From positions 8,080,343 to 8,144,342 of the forward strand of contig CM082597.2 in NCBI GenBank assembly GCA_040954595.2: DNA of 64,000 nucleotides, written 5' to 3'. Each line of letters opens with the position of its first letter. Within the stretch, counting starts at the first letter, position 1. The DNA is from Balanoglossus misakiensis. Lineage: Eukaryota; Animalia; Hemichordata. The translations under genes were made by a program, and so were the position numbers. The notes under the pieces were generated by a model, which did not search any database, had not been told where the DNA came from, and was given only the letters and a program-made list of their open reading frames with translations. Of the stretch, positions 63,612 to 64,000 are shown one piece after another.

Positions 63612-64000
63612 CCTATATAGGATAAAGAAAACATTATACGACACACATATTCACAAGAGAGCATGATTGATGTGAGGTTACATGAGTCTCAAAGCCAATC
63701 AGAGTGTACAACTTTCAGACCATTCATCTCATGGTTCATTTCCAGGAAATGCAAGTTTTTTTCAATAGTTTTCCAGGGCTTTCAGTAAAAAAAATTCAAT
63801 TTTCTGAATTTTTTTCATTAGTTTTCTATGACTTTTGAAGCCAACAGCTGACATTTCCTGAGAGTGATTATGCAGATGACATATCAAAAACATCAACAAT
63901 ATTGCAGGACTTTCAGGAATGAATTTCATTTTTATATTTCTGTCTCTTCAACAAGTGTATAAACTTTGTCAATATTGTCAGAATTTTTTTTACACAGAGT
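60970..64000. repeat. Tandem segmental duplication unit 4 (partial, runs off window)
   Basis: Matches 1..3040 and 41153..44190. Confidence 0.97.

Overview
AT-rich, intron-rich eukaryotic DNA. An invertebrate (probably lophotrochozoan) origin is inferred from the transposon types. The whole window is a head-to-tail tandem array of a ~20 kb unit, with equivalent positions at 1, 20095, 41153 and 60970. Each unit carries a minus-strand, multi-exon kielin/chordin-like (KCP/Crossveinless-2/BMPER-type) gene copy with the order EGF-EGF-cbEGF-(VWC x many)-VWD(GDPH)-C8-short tail. There are four copies: A 14957 to <1, B 36183 to 15733, C 55917 to 37103, D >64000 to 56766. No copy shows a start or signal-peptide exon. 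All three visible 3' ends lack a VWD-C8 linker exon, and every copy has frameshift, splice-site or exon-deletion lesions, so they look like degenerating paralogs. A, B and C each lost a different, phase-compatible block of central VWC exons, and variants are shared in a mosaic pattern. Copy-specific insertions are a 2.6 kb Academ-like element (A), a scrambled RTE LINE (B), and a very young L1/Tx1-type LINE and a Crypton-V-like element (C). Many TA-flanked and TTAA-flanked MITEs occur, often at rearrangement junctions. Exon boundaries were read by eye and may be off by a few bases. No prokaryotic features, RNA genes or CRISPR arrays were seen.
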